31,652 nucleotides of DNA from Candidatus Altimarinota bacterium (GTDB lineage Bacteria; Patescibacteriota; Gracilibacteria; BD1-5; UBA2023). Location: NCBI GenBank assembly GCA_043720755.1, contig JAYSSB010000130.1:1-31652 (forward strand), in the 5' to 3' direction. Position numbers and translations under genes: made by a program. Shown here piece after piece: positions 1 to 7,042 of the stretch (its first letter is position 1; each line of letters opens with the position of its first letter). A model generated the notes under the pieces. It searched no databases. It was not told where the DNA came from and saw only the letters and a program-made list of their open reading frames with translations.

Positions 1-98
1 TCAACAAAATATGATTCTTTATGGTACTGAATCAGAAAAAGTCGCAGCGCTACAAGAGGGACTCGCACAAAATCTCCGAGAGACGACTGACACTCTCA
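1..98. repeat. Terminal direct repeat, left copy (circular assembly overlap)
   Basis: Bases 1-98 are identical to 31555-31652, and the tape measure reading frame runs through the join. Confidence 0.95.
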
Positions 99-925
99 AT
101 GGAGTGGACGTCGCTAGTGCTAAAGCCTCAAGGCAATTTGGCGAAATACAAGAATCAATCGGAGGAGCACTTGCTCCGGCCTTTCTCGAGCTCACAAATT
201 CTATCGTCCCGGTACTAACGAAAGTTACTGAATGGGTATCAGAAAATCCGAAACTTACTGCAACCATTGTCGCAGTCGCAGCCGGGGCCGCAGCACTTGT
301 CACAGTGATCGGGGTGATCGGCTTAATTCTGCCGCCGGTCATCGCTGGATTCGGATTACTGGCCGCCGGAATTGGTCTCATCTCACTCCCGGTCATCGCA
401 GTCATTGCCGTGATCGGAGCTCTTGGAGCTGCGATATATTTGCTCTGGAAAAACTGGGATACAGTAGTCGGATGGATGAAAGCGGCATGGACCGAACTCG
501 GAGCAATCGTCAGCGGAATTGCAGAGGGTATCAAAAACGTCTGGACGTCTCTCGTGAAATGGATCGAGGATAAAGTCAAAGGCATTATCGATTCAGTGAA
601 AAAAGCACTCGACGCGCTTGCTCAATTGCCGGGTGTAAAATCAGTCGTGAGCGTCAGCAAATCTGTCATCGGTGGAATCTCAGATTTTTTCCGGGCTGAG
701 GGTGGTCCGGTCCGCGGTGGCGGATCCTACATGGTGGGAGAACGCGGTCCCGAAAGATTCATCCCGAAAACTGACGGCCGGATAATTCCATCCGGGAACT
801 CAAGCGAGTCCGGAGTCACAATCATGATCAGCAACAATTCATTTATGGGGAAAGAGGGTATCGCTCGAGAGATAGGTGATGAGATTATGGATCAGCTTGG
901 TCTCCGATCTAAATTGTCGTACTAA
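11..925 (+). CDS. Tail tape measure protein, C-terminal part (full gene 31013..31554 joined to 1..925, about 488 aa)
   Basis: Ala/Gly/Ile-rich amphipathic repeats with Trp periodicity; C-terminal RAEGGPVRGGGSYMVGERGPERFIP motif typical of TMP ends; in frame with the ATG at 31013; follows the G/GT chaperone. Confidence 0.9.
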   Translation: MILYGTESEKVAALQEGLAQNLRETTDTLNGVDVASAKASRQFGEIQESIGGALAPAFLELTNSIVPVLTKVTEWVSENPKLTATIVAVAAGAAALVTVIGVIGLILPPVIAGFGLLAAGIGLISLPVIAVIAVIGALGAAIYLLWKNWDTVVGWMKAAWTELGAIVSGIAEGIKNVWTSLVKWIEDKVKGIIDSVKKALDALAQLPGVKSVVSVSKSVIGGISDFFRAEGGPVRGGGSYMVGERGPERFIPKTDGRIIPSGNSSESGVTIMISNNSFMGKEGIAREIGDEIMDQLGLRSKLSY

Positions 926-927
926 AT

Positions 928-2379
928 ATGATTACAGTCGAAATCGCCACAGTGAACGTCTCAGCTCTGATCAAGATGGGCTCTTTGACGATCACAGATC
1001 AAATAAATCAGGCGACTGATACGGCAACTTTTACGATTGAAAAGTGGCCGACTCGCACATTTACTCCGGAGCTCGGAAGCGAAGTTGTGATCACTATGAA
1101 TGATGGTGTCAATCCCCCGTCTCGAATTTATGCCGGAGTGATCATTGAAATTGACGCAAGTACGATCGGAAAAAATCATCTCGAGTTTTCTATAAAATGT
1201 AAAGACTACTCGCAATATATGGATCGACTGCTCATCGTCGATCGATTTGATAACACGAATGCTGAATCGGTGATCAATACTCTCGTGACGAGTTATGCTG
1301 CGGCTTACGGATTCACCACGACCGGCGTGAATGCATCGGGGATCTTAATTAAATCAATCTCATTTAATGAAATTACTCTCTCCGGAGCGCTCGATAAAAT
1401 TGCACGTCTGATCAATTACGTGTGGTATGTCGATTTTTACAAAGACATTCACTTCTTTCCTAAAAATGGAGAGACGGCTGCATTTGATATTACTGACACG
1501 GCCGGAAATCATATTTTTAAATCACTTAATCTCAAAAAAGATTTCAAACAGATCCGAAACTCAGTCAAGCTCCGCGGCGGTGACGTCCGAGGGATTTCTC
1601 GAAATGAGCCGTTTCTCGGAGATGGATTTCGGACAACATTTGCACTCGCAAATCGATTCGCTGAAAAGCCGACAGTTACGATCGCCGCGGTCCCGGTGAC
1701 GGTAGGGATCGAGTACCTACAAGATGAAACTCTTTTTCAATGGATGTGGTCATATACTGAAAAATCTTTGCGCCGTGTAGCCGGTGCGCTTACTGCATCA
1801 ACTCAGGGAATCGCCACTGGAATTCCGCTGCGGCCGCTTGTGGTCGAAGTTGCTGACGGCATCTCAATCAGTCAACATGGACTCTATCAATACTATATCG
1901 AGAATGACAAAATTGAGAATCGAGACGAGGCAATTCGATACTGTATCGCGGAGCTGCAAAGTTATTCCGAGGGCATTCGGGCCGGATCATTCAGCACGTA
2001 CAGATCTGGGCTCCGCTCAGGTATGGGAATTTTGATCAATAGCACTCTCCATGATGTAAACGAGAGATTCGTGATTCAGTCGGTACAATTCAGAATGATC
2101 TCTAATGAAAAGTATCAATGGTCCGCACAGATCGCGACAGCAAAAACTCTCTCAATTATCGATGCTCTGCAAATGCTACTCGTAAAAGAGCGACTCAATT
2201 CTGGGGACGATGAGACACTTTTGAAATTTATTCAATTTGAGGATCGTTTTTCAATGACGGATGCCGTGGGAGCGATCACTGCCACTACAACTGAAAATTA
2301 TCTGGTCGAGCAAAATATCCCGGGATCTGATAGCTATCCAAATCCGGCTATAGTGAATAAATCAACGATCTCGGTATAA
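928..2379 (+). CDS. Tail tip / baseplate hub protein (Tal, gp27 or Mu gp44-like fold)
   Basis: Directly after TMP; N-terminal pattern (IYAGVI..., IKCKDY, ALDKIARLINYVWYVDFYKDIHFF) resembles hub proteins. Confidence 0.65.
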   Translation: MITVEIATVNVSALIKMGSLTITDQINQATDTATFTIEKWPTRTFTPELGSEVVITMNDGVNPPSRIYAGVIIEIDASTIGKNHLEFSIKCKDYSQYMDRLLIVDRFDNTNAESVINTLVTSYAAAYGFTTTGVNASGILIKSISFNEITLSGALDKIARLINYVWYVDFYKDIHFFPKNGETAAFDITDTAGNHIFKSLNLKKDFKQIRNSVKLRGGDVRGISRNEPFLGDGFRTTFALANRFAEKPTVTIAAVPVTVGIEYLQDETLFQWMWSYTEKSLRRVAGALTASTQGIATGIPLRPLVVEVADGISISQHGLYQYYIENDKIENRDEAIRYCIAELQSYSEGIRAGSFSTYRSGLRSGMGILINSTLHDVNERFVIQSVQFRMISNEKYQWSAQIATAKTLSIIDALQMLLVKERLNSGDDETLLKFIQFEDRFSMTDAVGAITATTTENYLVEQNIPGSDSYPNPAIVNKSTISV

Positions 2380-2380
2380 T
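2372..2380 (+). promoter_or_regulatory. Putative extended -10 promoter (CGG-TATAAT), 7 nt before ATG 2388
   Basis: TATAAT at 2375-2380 contains the upstream TAA stop; no SD. Confidence 0.55.
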
Positions 2381-2387
2381 TACTTAT

Positions 2388-3038
2388 ATGAAAAACGGCA
2401 CAATCAATCCTCATGATGATCACAGCACTTCCGAAAATAAAGAATCTTTGATCTCTCTTGATATGAGTATAAATTTAAATGATCAGCCACAGTCAAATCA
2501 GGTTTCAGAATTCGAGCAGCATGGAGCTTTTAAAATGCGTGGGCGATATCAAATACTATCTCTAAAGCCAAAGCCGGAATGGATCCCGGATGCAGTGTGG
2601 CTTGATATGGTCCGAACTGGAAAAGCGGATGAATTTATCATCTCTCGCTCCCCTACCATTGAAAATTTGATTATGCTTGATACTGACAAAGGATTAAATC
2701 TCATCATGCAGCATTTAAATGCCGTTACTACCTATCCGCTCGGAGTGAGCACTCTTTCGATCGGTACTGGTACGAATGCTCCAACGTCAACTGACTCAAA
2801 TCTGCAAACTCCGGTCACGACAGGTATTGCAAAAGCAGTCGGAGCCGTGACATCTCCAGGAGTATTTTATTCGGAATGGTTTATCACTGATACTGAGCTG
2901 CCTAATGGAACGTATAATGAGCTCGCACTTTTTTGTGGATCGCAAATTTTTACCCGATCACGAATCATTCCGGGCCATGTCAAAGCAGCACTTACTGACA
3001 CTTTAATCGTTTACACAATCACTGCATCGAATGCATAA
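2388..3038 (+). CDS. Tail collar / fibre-attachment-like structural protein
   Basis: SIGTGTNAPTSTDSNL...TYNELALF pattern resembles tail-collar-fibre (DUF3751-like) domains; lies in the tail tip block. Confidence 0.5.
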   Translation: MKNGTINPHDDHSTSENKESLISLDMSINLNDQPQSNQVSEFEQHGAFKMRGRYQILSLKPKPEWIPDAVWLDMVRTGKADEFIISRSPTIENLIMLDTDKGLNLIMQHLNAVTTYPLGVSTLSIGTGTNAPTSTDSNLQTPVTTGIAKAVGAVTSPGVFYSEWFITDTELPNGTYNELALFCGSQIFTRSRIIPGHVKAALTDTLIVYTITASNA

Positions 3039-3047
3039 TATATCTAT

Positions 3048-3857
3048 ATGGGATTACTAGCAGGTGAAAAAATAAGAGAAACAGATTTTATTTTGACGGC
3101 TCAAGCCGGTGAAAATATATCAGTTGGACAAGCGGTCATGGTAGGAAACGGCACAGATTCAGGCGCCGTTATTTTGCAAGTAACCACAAGCGATAACGCG
3201 AGTCAGGTGTGTAGTGGTACAACGTGGGTCGCTCAAAGAGTGCGATTTTCTGCAGTCCGAAATATAACTCACATCGGATTTCGACATGATCAGCAACAAT
3301 CAGTCCCTATGACTGTTCGTATTCGAGCGACGCTCACTGGAGCAGATCTTGGATCCGGGACATTTAACCCGGGCTCAACAAATGGCGGAACTGCATATCG
3401 AACAGTAGCTCTCGGCGCTGCCGTCAACTTGAGTCCTAATACTGACTACTATGTGATTTTTAGTGGTGCTTATACACTTTTTGGTCAAACTACGAGCACA
3501 GATCCAAACGGAGAAGCTCGCGTATCAACTAACAGCGGTGGAGCGTGGGCTCTCCACGGTACAGCGGCCGACTGGGGAGTTTATCTAGTCGGTGGAATTA
3601 CTGAGGCCGGAAAAATTTATAAAGCCCTGGACTCGCTGCCAAATCAATTCATCGGCTTTGCAGAGGAAACACGAACGGCAGCACAAAATATCCGAGTGAA
3701 TCCTCAAATGGTAATTCATGATTTATTGACTGGACTCGCTGCCGGAACTCGGTACTTTCTCGGTCCGACTGCCGGGGTGCTCTCAACCACTGGCACAAAT
3801 TTGGTCGGGATTGCTATCAGTGCAACTTTATTCGTCAGAGATTATATGAAAATTTAA
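3048..3857 (+). CDS. Putative receptor-binding / fibre protein (cement-like DUF2190-type scaffold with an inserted beta-sandwich)
   Basis: N-terminal AGENISVGQAV and C-terminal GKIYKA..FIGFA..GLAAGTRYFL..GVLST..VGIAISAT flank a roughly 150-aa beta-rich insert containing LSPNTDYYVIF. Confidence 0.45.
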   Translation: MGLLAGEKIRETDFILTAQAGENISVGQAVMVGNGTDSGAVILQVTTSDNASQVCSGTTWVAQRVRFSAVRNITHIGFRHDQQQSVPMTVRIRATLTGADLGSGTFNPGSTNGGTAYRTVALGAAVNLSPNTDYYVIFSGAYTLFGQTTSTDPNGEARVSTNSGGAWALHGTAADWGVYLVGGITEAGKIYKALDSLPNQFIGFAEETRTAAQNIRVNPQMVIHDLLTGLAAGTRYFLGPTAGVLSTTGTNLVGIAISATLFVRDYMKI

Positions 3858-3860
3858 TAT

Positions 3861-4139
3861 ATGGATATAGATATTTACAAATCTTTCGCAGTAGGATTCG
3901 CCATCGGCGCCACTATCAGCGGATATATCGGTTTTCATTTTGGAAAAAAGGCAAGTAAAAAAGCCGCAAATCCGGAATTCAGAATGATCATCGCCTCAGT
4001 CATTGTCATGATTTGGGGTATTGCTCACGTACTCTCTTTACTTACTGGTCAAACAGTAGATCCGTGGTTAAATGCTATCATGGGAGCAGTGGCCGGATTC
4101 TTATTCGGCGATGGTCTCGTCGAGACTTTCAAAAAATAA
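3861..4139 (+). CDS. Small membrane protein, holin-like
   Basis: 92 aa with about 3 hydrophobic segments, upstream of the endolysin. Confidence 0.5.
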   Translation: MDIDIYKSFAVGFAIGATISGYIGFHFGKKASKKAANPEFRMIIASVIVMIWGIAHVLSLLTGQTVDPWLNAIMGAVAGFLFGDGLVETFKK

Positions 4140-4142
4140 AAT

Positions 4143-4265
4143 ATGTTTATGAGCACGATTAAAAGGAAAAAGTATGCAATCACTGGAGCCATCATCGGGG
4201 CTTTTCTACTATCCACACTCTCCATGCTAGTTGACATTGTCGCTCAAATTTTTGGTATAATCTAA
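4143..4265 (+). CDS. 40-aa single-TM peptide (not in ORF track): MFMSTIKRKKYAITGAIIGAFLLSTLSMLVDIVAQIFGII
   Basis: Hand translation; aaatATG context like other genes; fills the gap between 4139 and 4269; basic N-terminus followed by a hydrophobic helix. Confidence 0.6.
   Translation: MFMSTIKRKKYAITGAIIGAFLLSTLSMLVDIVAQIFGII
4231..4261 (+). promoter_or_regulatory. Putative sigma70 promoter TTGACA-N19-TATAAT with TGn extension, 7 nt before ATG 4269
   Basis: Both hexamers are perfect consensus and TG is at -15/-14, but the 19-nt spacer is long. Confidence 0.6.
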
Positions 4266-4268
4266 AAT

Positions 4269-5339
4269 ATGCAATATAAAGATCCCGGCCTATTGGACGA
4301 AGATCGATCGGCCGAAGAAATGCGTCAGGATTACTTTTTCGAGGAACTTGTCTCAGGTCCGGCGCCGGTTTCCTGGCGTGAAAAAAAATTAACTGAGTGG
4401 AGATCATTCCCTATTTATGATCAGAATGGATCTGGATCATGTGTCGCTCAAACTTTGCGGAAAATGCTTGGGATCTATGTTCACACAAAAACTGGCAAAT
4501 TTGTACCACTTTCCGCATCTCATATTTATCAGCGACGTAGCAACCGGCCATCATCCGGAATGCATGGACATGATGCTTTCAAGATTGCTCAGAAAGGTAC
4601 AACTCTTGAGATCCTTGCTCAGTCTGAAAAAATGACTGACGCAGCTATGGATGAAATGCCGGTCAATGATTTTAATGCATCTATCGGAGAAGTATTTAAA
4701 ATCGGAAATTATGTCGCAATAAAAGATCTAAAGATTGATACAATCGCATCAATCATTGAGCAAACAAAAAAGGGGGTGATGGTCTGGTTTTATTTTTCGT
4801 CTGGTATTAAGCCAAAAGAATGGATCGACGTCCCTACAGTGCAACATAAAGATCTCACGGTCTCAGGATCTAATACTGCTCGCCATTCGGTCACTGCAGT
4901 CGATTTCACTTTATACAAGGGTAAAAAAGCTCTGATCATTGAGGACTCATGGGGTCTGGATGCTGCTATGCAAGGGCGCAGAATCATCACTGAGGACTTT
5001 TTCAATGCCCGGTGCTACTATGCAGCACATTTCATGAATTTCGCTCTTGAGGATCAATCTGAGGCCGTTCCGGAGGGGAAACCGCGTCACACTTTCTCTG
5101 CAGATCTGGATTTTTCAGTTACCATCACATATTCAAACGATGTCAAGATGCTGCAGAATTGTCTCAAGTATCTCGGACTCTTTCCGACAAATGTCGAATC
5201 GACCGGATATTTTGGAGCAGTGACTCAAAAAGCCATCGAGAAATTTCAACTTAATGAGGGAATTTCTACTCCGGGAGTCGCTGGATTTGGCCGCGTGGGT
5301 CCACGGACTCGGGCGGTATTGAATCGTTTATTCGCTTAG
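4269..5339 (+). CDS. Putative endolysin: papain-like (C1) cysteine peptidase plus C-terminal peptidoglycan-binding domain
   Basis: DQNGSGSCVAQ (Gln/Cys), HSVTAV (His) and EDSWG motifs; C-terminal VKMLQNCL..TGYFGAVTQKAIEKFQ..GRVGPRTRAVLN matches PG_binding_1. Confidence 0.8.
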   Translation: MQYKDPGLLDEDRSAEEMRQDYFFEELVSGPAPVSWREKKLTEWRSFPIYDQNGSGSCVAQTLRKMLGIYVHTKTGKFVPLSASHIYQRRSNRPSSGMHGHDAFKIAQKGTTLEILAQSEKMTDAAMDEMPVNDFNASIGEVFKIGNYVAIKDLKIDTIASIIEQTKKGVMVWFYFSSGIKPKEWIDVPTVQHKDLTVSGSNTARHSVTAVDFTLYKGKKALIIEDSWGLDAAMQGRRIITEDFFNARCYYAAHFMNFALEDQSEAVPEGKPRHTFSADLDFSVTITYSNDVKMLQNCLKYLGLFPTNVESTGYFGAVTQKAIEKFQLNEGISTPGVAGFGRVGPRTRAVLNRLFA

Positions 5340-5352
5340 TAATTAAAAATAT

Positions 5353-5586
5353 ATGGAAATCAATGATTTCGTCGGAATTGTAGTTGTGGGAGCTTTGCTC
5401 TCTGGTATCGTTCAGGCCATTAAAAATCGATTTGGAACTGAGTCAGGTGAGACTAAAGCTCTCACAATCTTTCTCGCTCTGATCGTCGGCGCGGCTTACG
5501 TCGCTATCCGCAGCACATCATATTTCGAGACTGTCATTCTGGTACTCTCGAGCGCATCTGCCGTGTACGCACTTCTCATGCGATAG
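5353..5586 (+). CDS. Putative holin
   Basis: 77 aa with 2-3 TM segments, immediately after the endolysin. Confidence 0.6.
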   Translation: MEINDFVGIVVVGALLSGIVQAIKNRFGTESGETKALTIFLALIVGAAYVAIRSTSYFETVILVLSSASAVYALLMR

Positions 5587-5615
5587 AGACCGTCCCGGGC
5601 GGATCCCGGATCATT

Positions 5616-6119
5616 ATGAAAAAAGACATCATCGATCTCGCGATGATTCTCACATTCGCTGCATTCTTTTTCGGTATTATGCCGACTCCACCACTCTCTG
5701 AGAATCATCACGATCAGACTCTGATTGCGTCATCGACTCCGGCATTCGTACCGATCGATCTCGCTTTAATTTCTGTACCAACGACGACAATACTGACTCC
5801 GAAATTAAAGGCGGAGCCGGGGAAGTCAGACGGATATAAATGGCCGGGTGATCTCATGAGAATTTGCTCATGTGAATCGACTGGCGGTCCGGATAATATG
5901 CCACGGCATTTCGATCAATTTGGAGAAGTGCTCAGGGGGAAAGTAAATCACAATGACATCGGCATGTGTCAGATCAATCTCACGTATCATGAGGCTGAGG
6001 CGACACGAATCGGACTAGATTTATTTGATCAGGATCAAAATTTTGAGTATGCGGTCCGGCTTTATGAGTCGCAAGGATCGCAGCCGTGGTCATGGTCTCA
6101 ATCGTGTTGGGGTCAGTAA
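5616..6119 (+). CDS. Membrane-anchored or secreted SLT/lysozyme-like lytic transglycosylase
   Basis: N-terminal hydrophobic segment and Pro/Thr linker, then ICSCES (catalytic Glu), DIGMCQIN and GSQPWSWSQSCW. Confidence 0.7.
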   Translation: MKKDIIDLAMILTFAAFFFGIMPTPPLSENHHDQTLIASSTPAFVPIDLALISVPTTTILTPKLKAEPGKSDGYKWPGDLMRICSCESTGGPDNMPRHFDQFGEVLRGKVNHNDIGMCQINLTYHEAEATRIGLDLFDQDQNFEYAVRLYESQGSQPWSWSQSCWGQ

Positions 6120-6159
6120 AAAGAAAAAATCTGAGTCATCTGACTCAGATTTTTTCTTT
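6120..6159. terminator. Bidirectional intrinsic terminator
   Basis: Perfect 19-nt inverted repeat aaagaaaaaatctgagtca / tgactcagattttttcttt, with an A-tract on the left and a T-tract on the right. Confidence 0.85.
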
Positions 6160-6167
6160 GCACTGAT

Positions 6168-6311
6168 CCCCCACTCCCCCACTCATGACGTCTCTCAAAT
6201 GATCAGTTTTGAGATATTTCATCGACGATCAAGAGGGGAGGGGAGTGGTAAAAATAAAAGCAAAACATCCGAGAAAGCGTTATATATAGCCGTATATTAC
6301 TGGGGGAGTGG
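6168..6311. repeat. C-rich / G-rich inverted repeat cluster (CCACTCCCC / GGGGAGTGG)
   Basis: (CCCCCACT)x2 at 6168-6183; reverse complements at 6240-6248 and 6302-6311; internal hairpin tctcaaa/tttgaga at 6193-6214. Confidence 0.7.
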
Positions 6312-6434
6312 TCGATGTATATTCAAATATACAAGCAATCAAATATCCGTATTTAAAGTATTTAAAATCTATCCCCGGCCGATAAAATCTCGGATTGACG
6401 CGATGGGTATATCATAAATATAGGTCCGCTCTTT

Positions 6435-6447
6435 TAAGGAGGTCATC
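6435..6447 (+). promoter_or_regulatory. Extended Shine-Dalgarno TAAGGAGGTCATC
   Basis: 12/13 match to TAAGGAGGTGATC, directly before ATG 6448; the only well-placed SD I found at a gene start. Confidence 0.8.
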
Positions 6448-6615
6448 ATGGATCATCAACGGCAGCCGGAGACATCTCATGAAATCCAGCTCGAGCTCGC
6501 ACTCGAAATCTATCACTCGCCTATTCCGACGCCGCGGCCGGTCGAAGCGCAATCGCGTCCATTCGTCTGCCCGGGATACTGCCCGATCTGCCCGAAATGC
6601 CGGGAATCAAACTGA
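6448..6615 (+). CDS. 55-aa Cys-rich small protein (not in ORF track): MDHQRQPETSHEIQLELALEIYHSPIPTPRPVEAQSRPFVCPGYCPICPKCRESN
   Basis: Hand translation; strong SD; C-terminal CX3CX2CX2C motif. Confidence 0.7.
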   Translation: MDHQRQPETSHEIQLELALEIYHSPIPTPRPVEAQSRPFVCPGYCPICPKCRESN

Positions 6616-6630
6616 AAGGAGGTGATCCAA
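6614..6630 (+). other. 16S rRNA 3'-end complementary element GAAAGGAGGTGATCCA(A), overlapping the TGA stop
   Basis: Exact reverse complement of the conserved UGGAUCACCUCCUUUC; no ATG at SD distance downstream. Confidence 0.8.
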
Positions 6631-6670
6631 TCTAATCAGGCGGAAAAAATATCGCCGACTCCCCTACTCG

Positions 6671-6696
6671 CTCCCACGAATTTCGTGGGAGTTTTT
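6671..6696 (+). terminator. Intrinsic terminator
   Basis: Stem ctcccacga-att-tcgtgggag followed by TTTTT. Confidence 0.8.
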
Positions 6697-6698
6697 AC

Positions 6699-6754
6699 TT
6701 GTCCACACAATCCACAGTCTCCCCACTTTGCGAGCGATGATGATGCGCTATAAT
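6699..6754 (+). promoter_or_regulatory. Putative early promoter (TTGCGA...GCGC-TATAAT) preceded by tandem DnaA-box-like 9-mers
   Basis: TTGTCCACA 6699-6707, CAATCCACA 6708-6716, GTCTCCCCA 6717-6725; TTGCGA 6728-6733; TATAAT 6749-6754. Confidence 0.5.
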
Positions 6755-6831
6755 GACGAACAGATGAAGCGACGGAGGTGCTCTTTGACAACTAAATATC
6801 AAAGTTATAAAAATTTAATTTAATTCCGCTT

Positions 6832-7032
6832 ATGGAAAAACAATCAGTCGATGTCATTGCGACATTCGACGCCGCTGACGGCCGTGTGGTCGTCAAAGAA
6901 GTTACTCAATACCGTCAATATGAAAGAGATGATGTCATCGAATTCATGGCGGAAAACGGAAAGCGCTATATCGCGTATGTGGGCGACATCATGCTCATGT
7001 CTCGAATGAAGCTCTCCGCACTATCAATCTAA
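6832..7032 (+). CDS. Hypothetical protein (first early gene)
   Basis: 66-aa ORF with an AT-rich leader, first gene of the early block. Confidence 0.65.
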   Translation: MEKQSVDVIATFDAADGRVVVKEVTQYRQYERDDVIEFMAENGKRYIAYVGDIMLMSRMKLSALSI

Positions 7033-7042
7033 TTTATAACAG

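Noticed and set aside
1-98. 98-bp terminal repeat as a biological direct terminal repeat
   Set aside because: It falls mid-gene in the TMP and has a typical assembler-overlap size. The PBSX-type terminase suggests headful packaging and circular permutation.
6568-6600. Radical SAM enzyme (CX3CX2C)
   Set aside because: The ORF is only 55 aa, with no room for a TIM barrel, and there is no maturase nearby to support a RiPP cluster.
6614-6630. 16S rRNA gene fragment or contamination
   Set aside because: The match stops after 16-17 nt, and the flanks do not continue into helix 45 or ITS sequence. It is an embedded motif, not rDNA.
6764-6823. 19-aa ORF after the 6749 -10 box, and a second promoter TTGACA(6785)...TATAAA
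   Set aside because: The ORF is too short and featureless. The hexamer spacing is 15 nt with a non-consensus last base, so support is weak.
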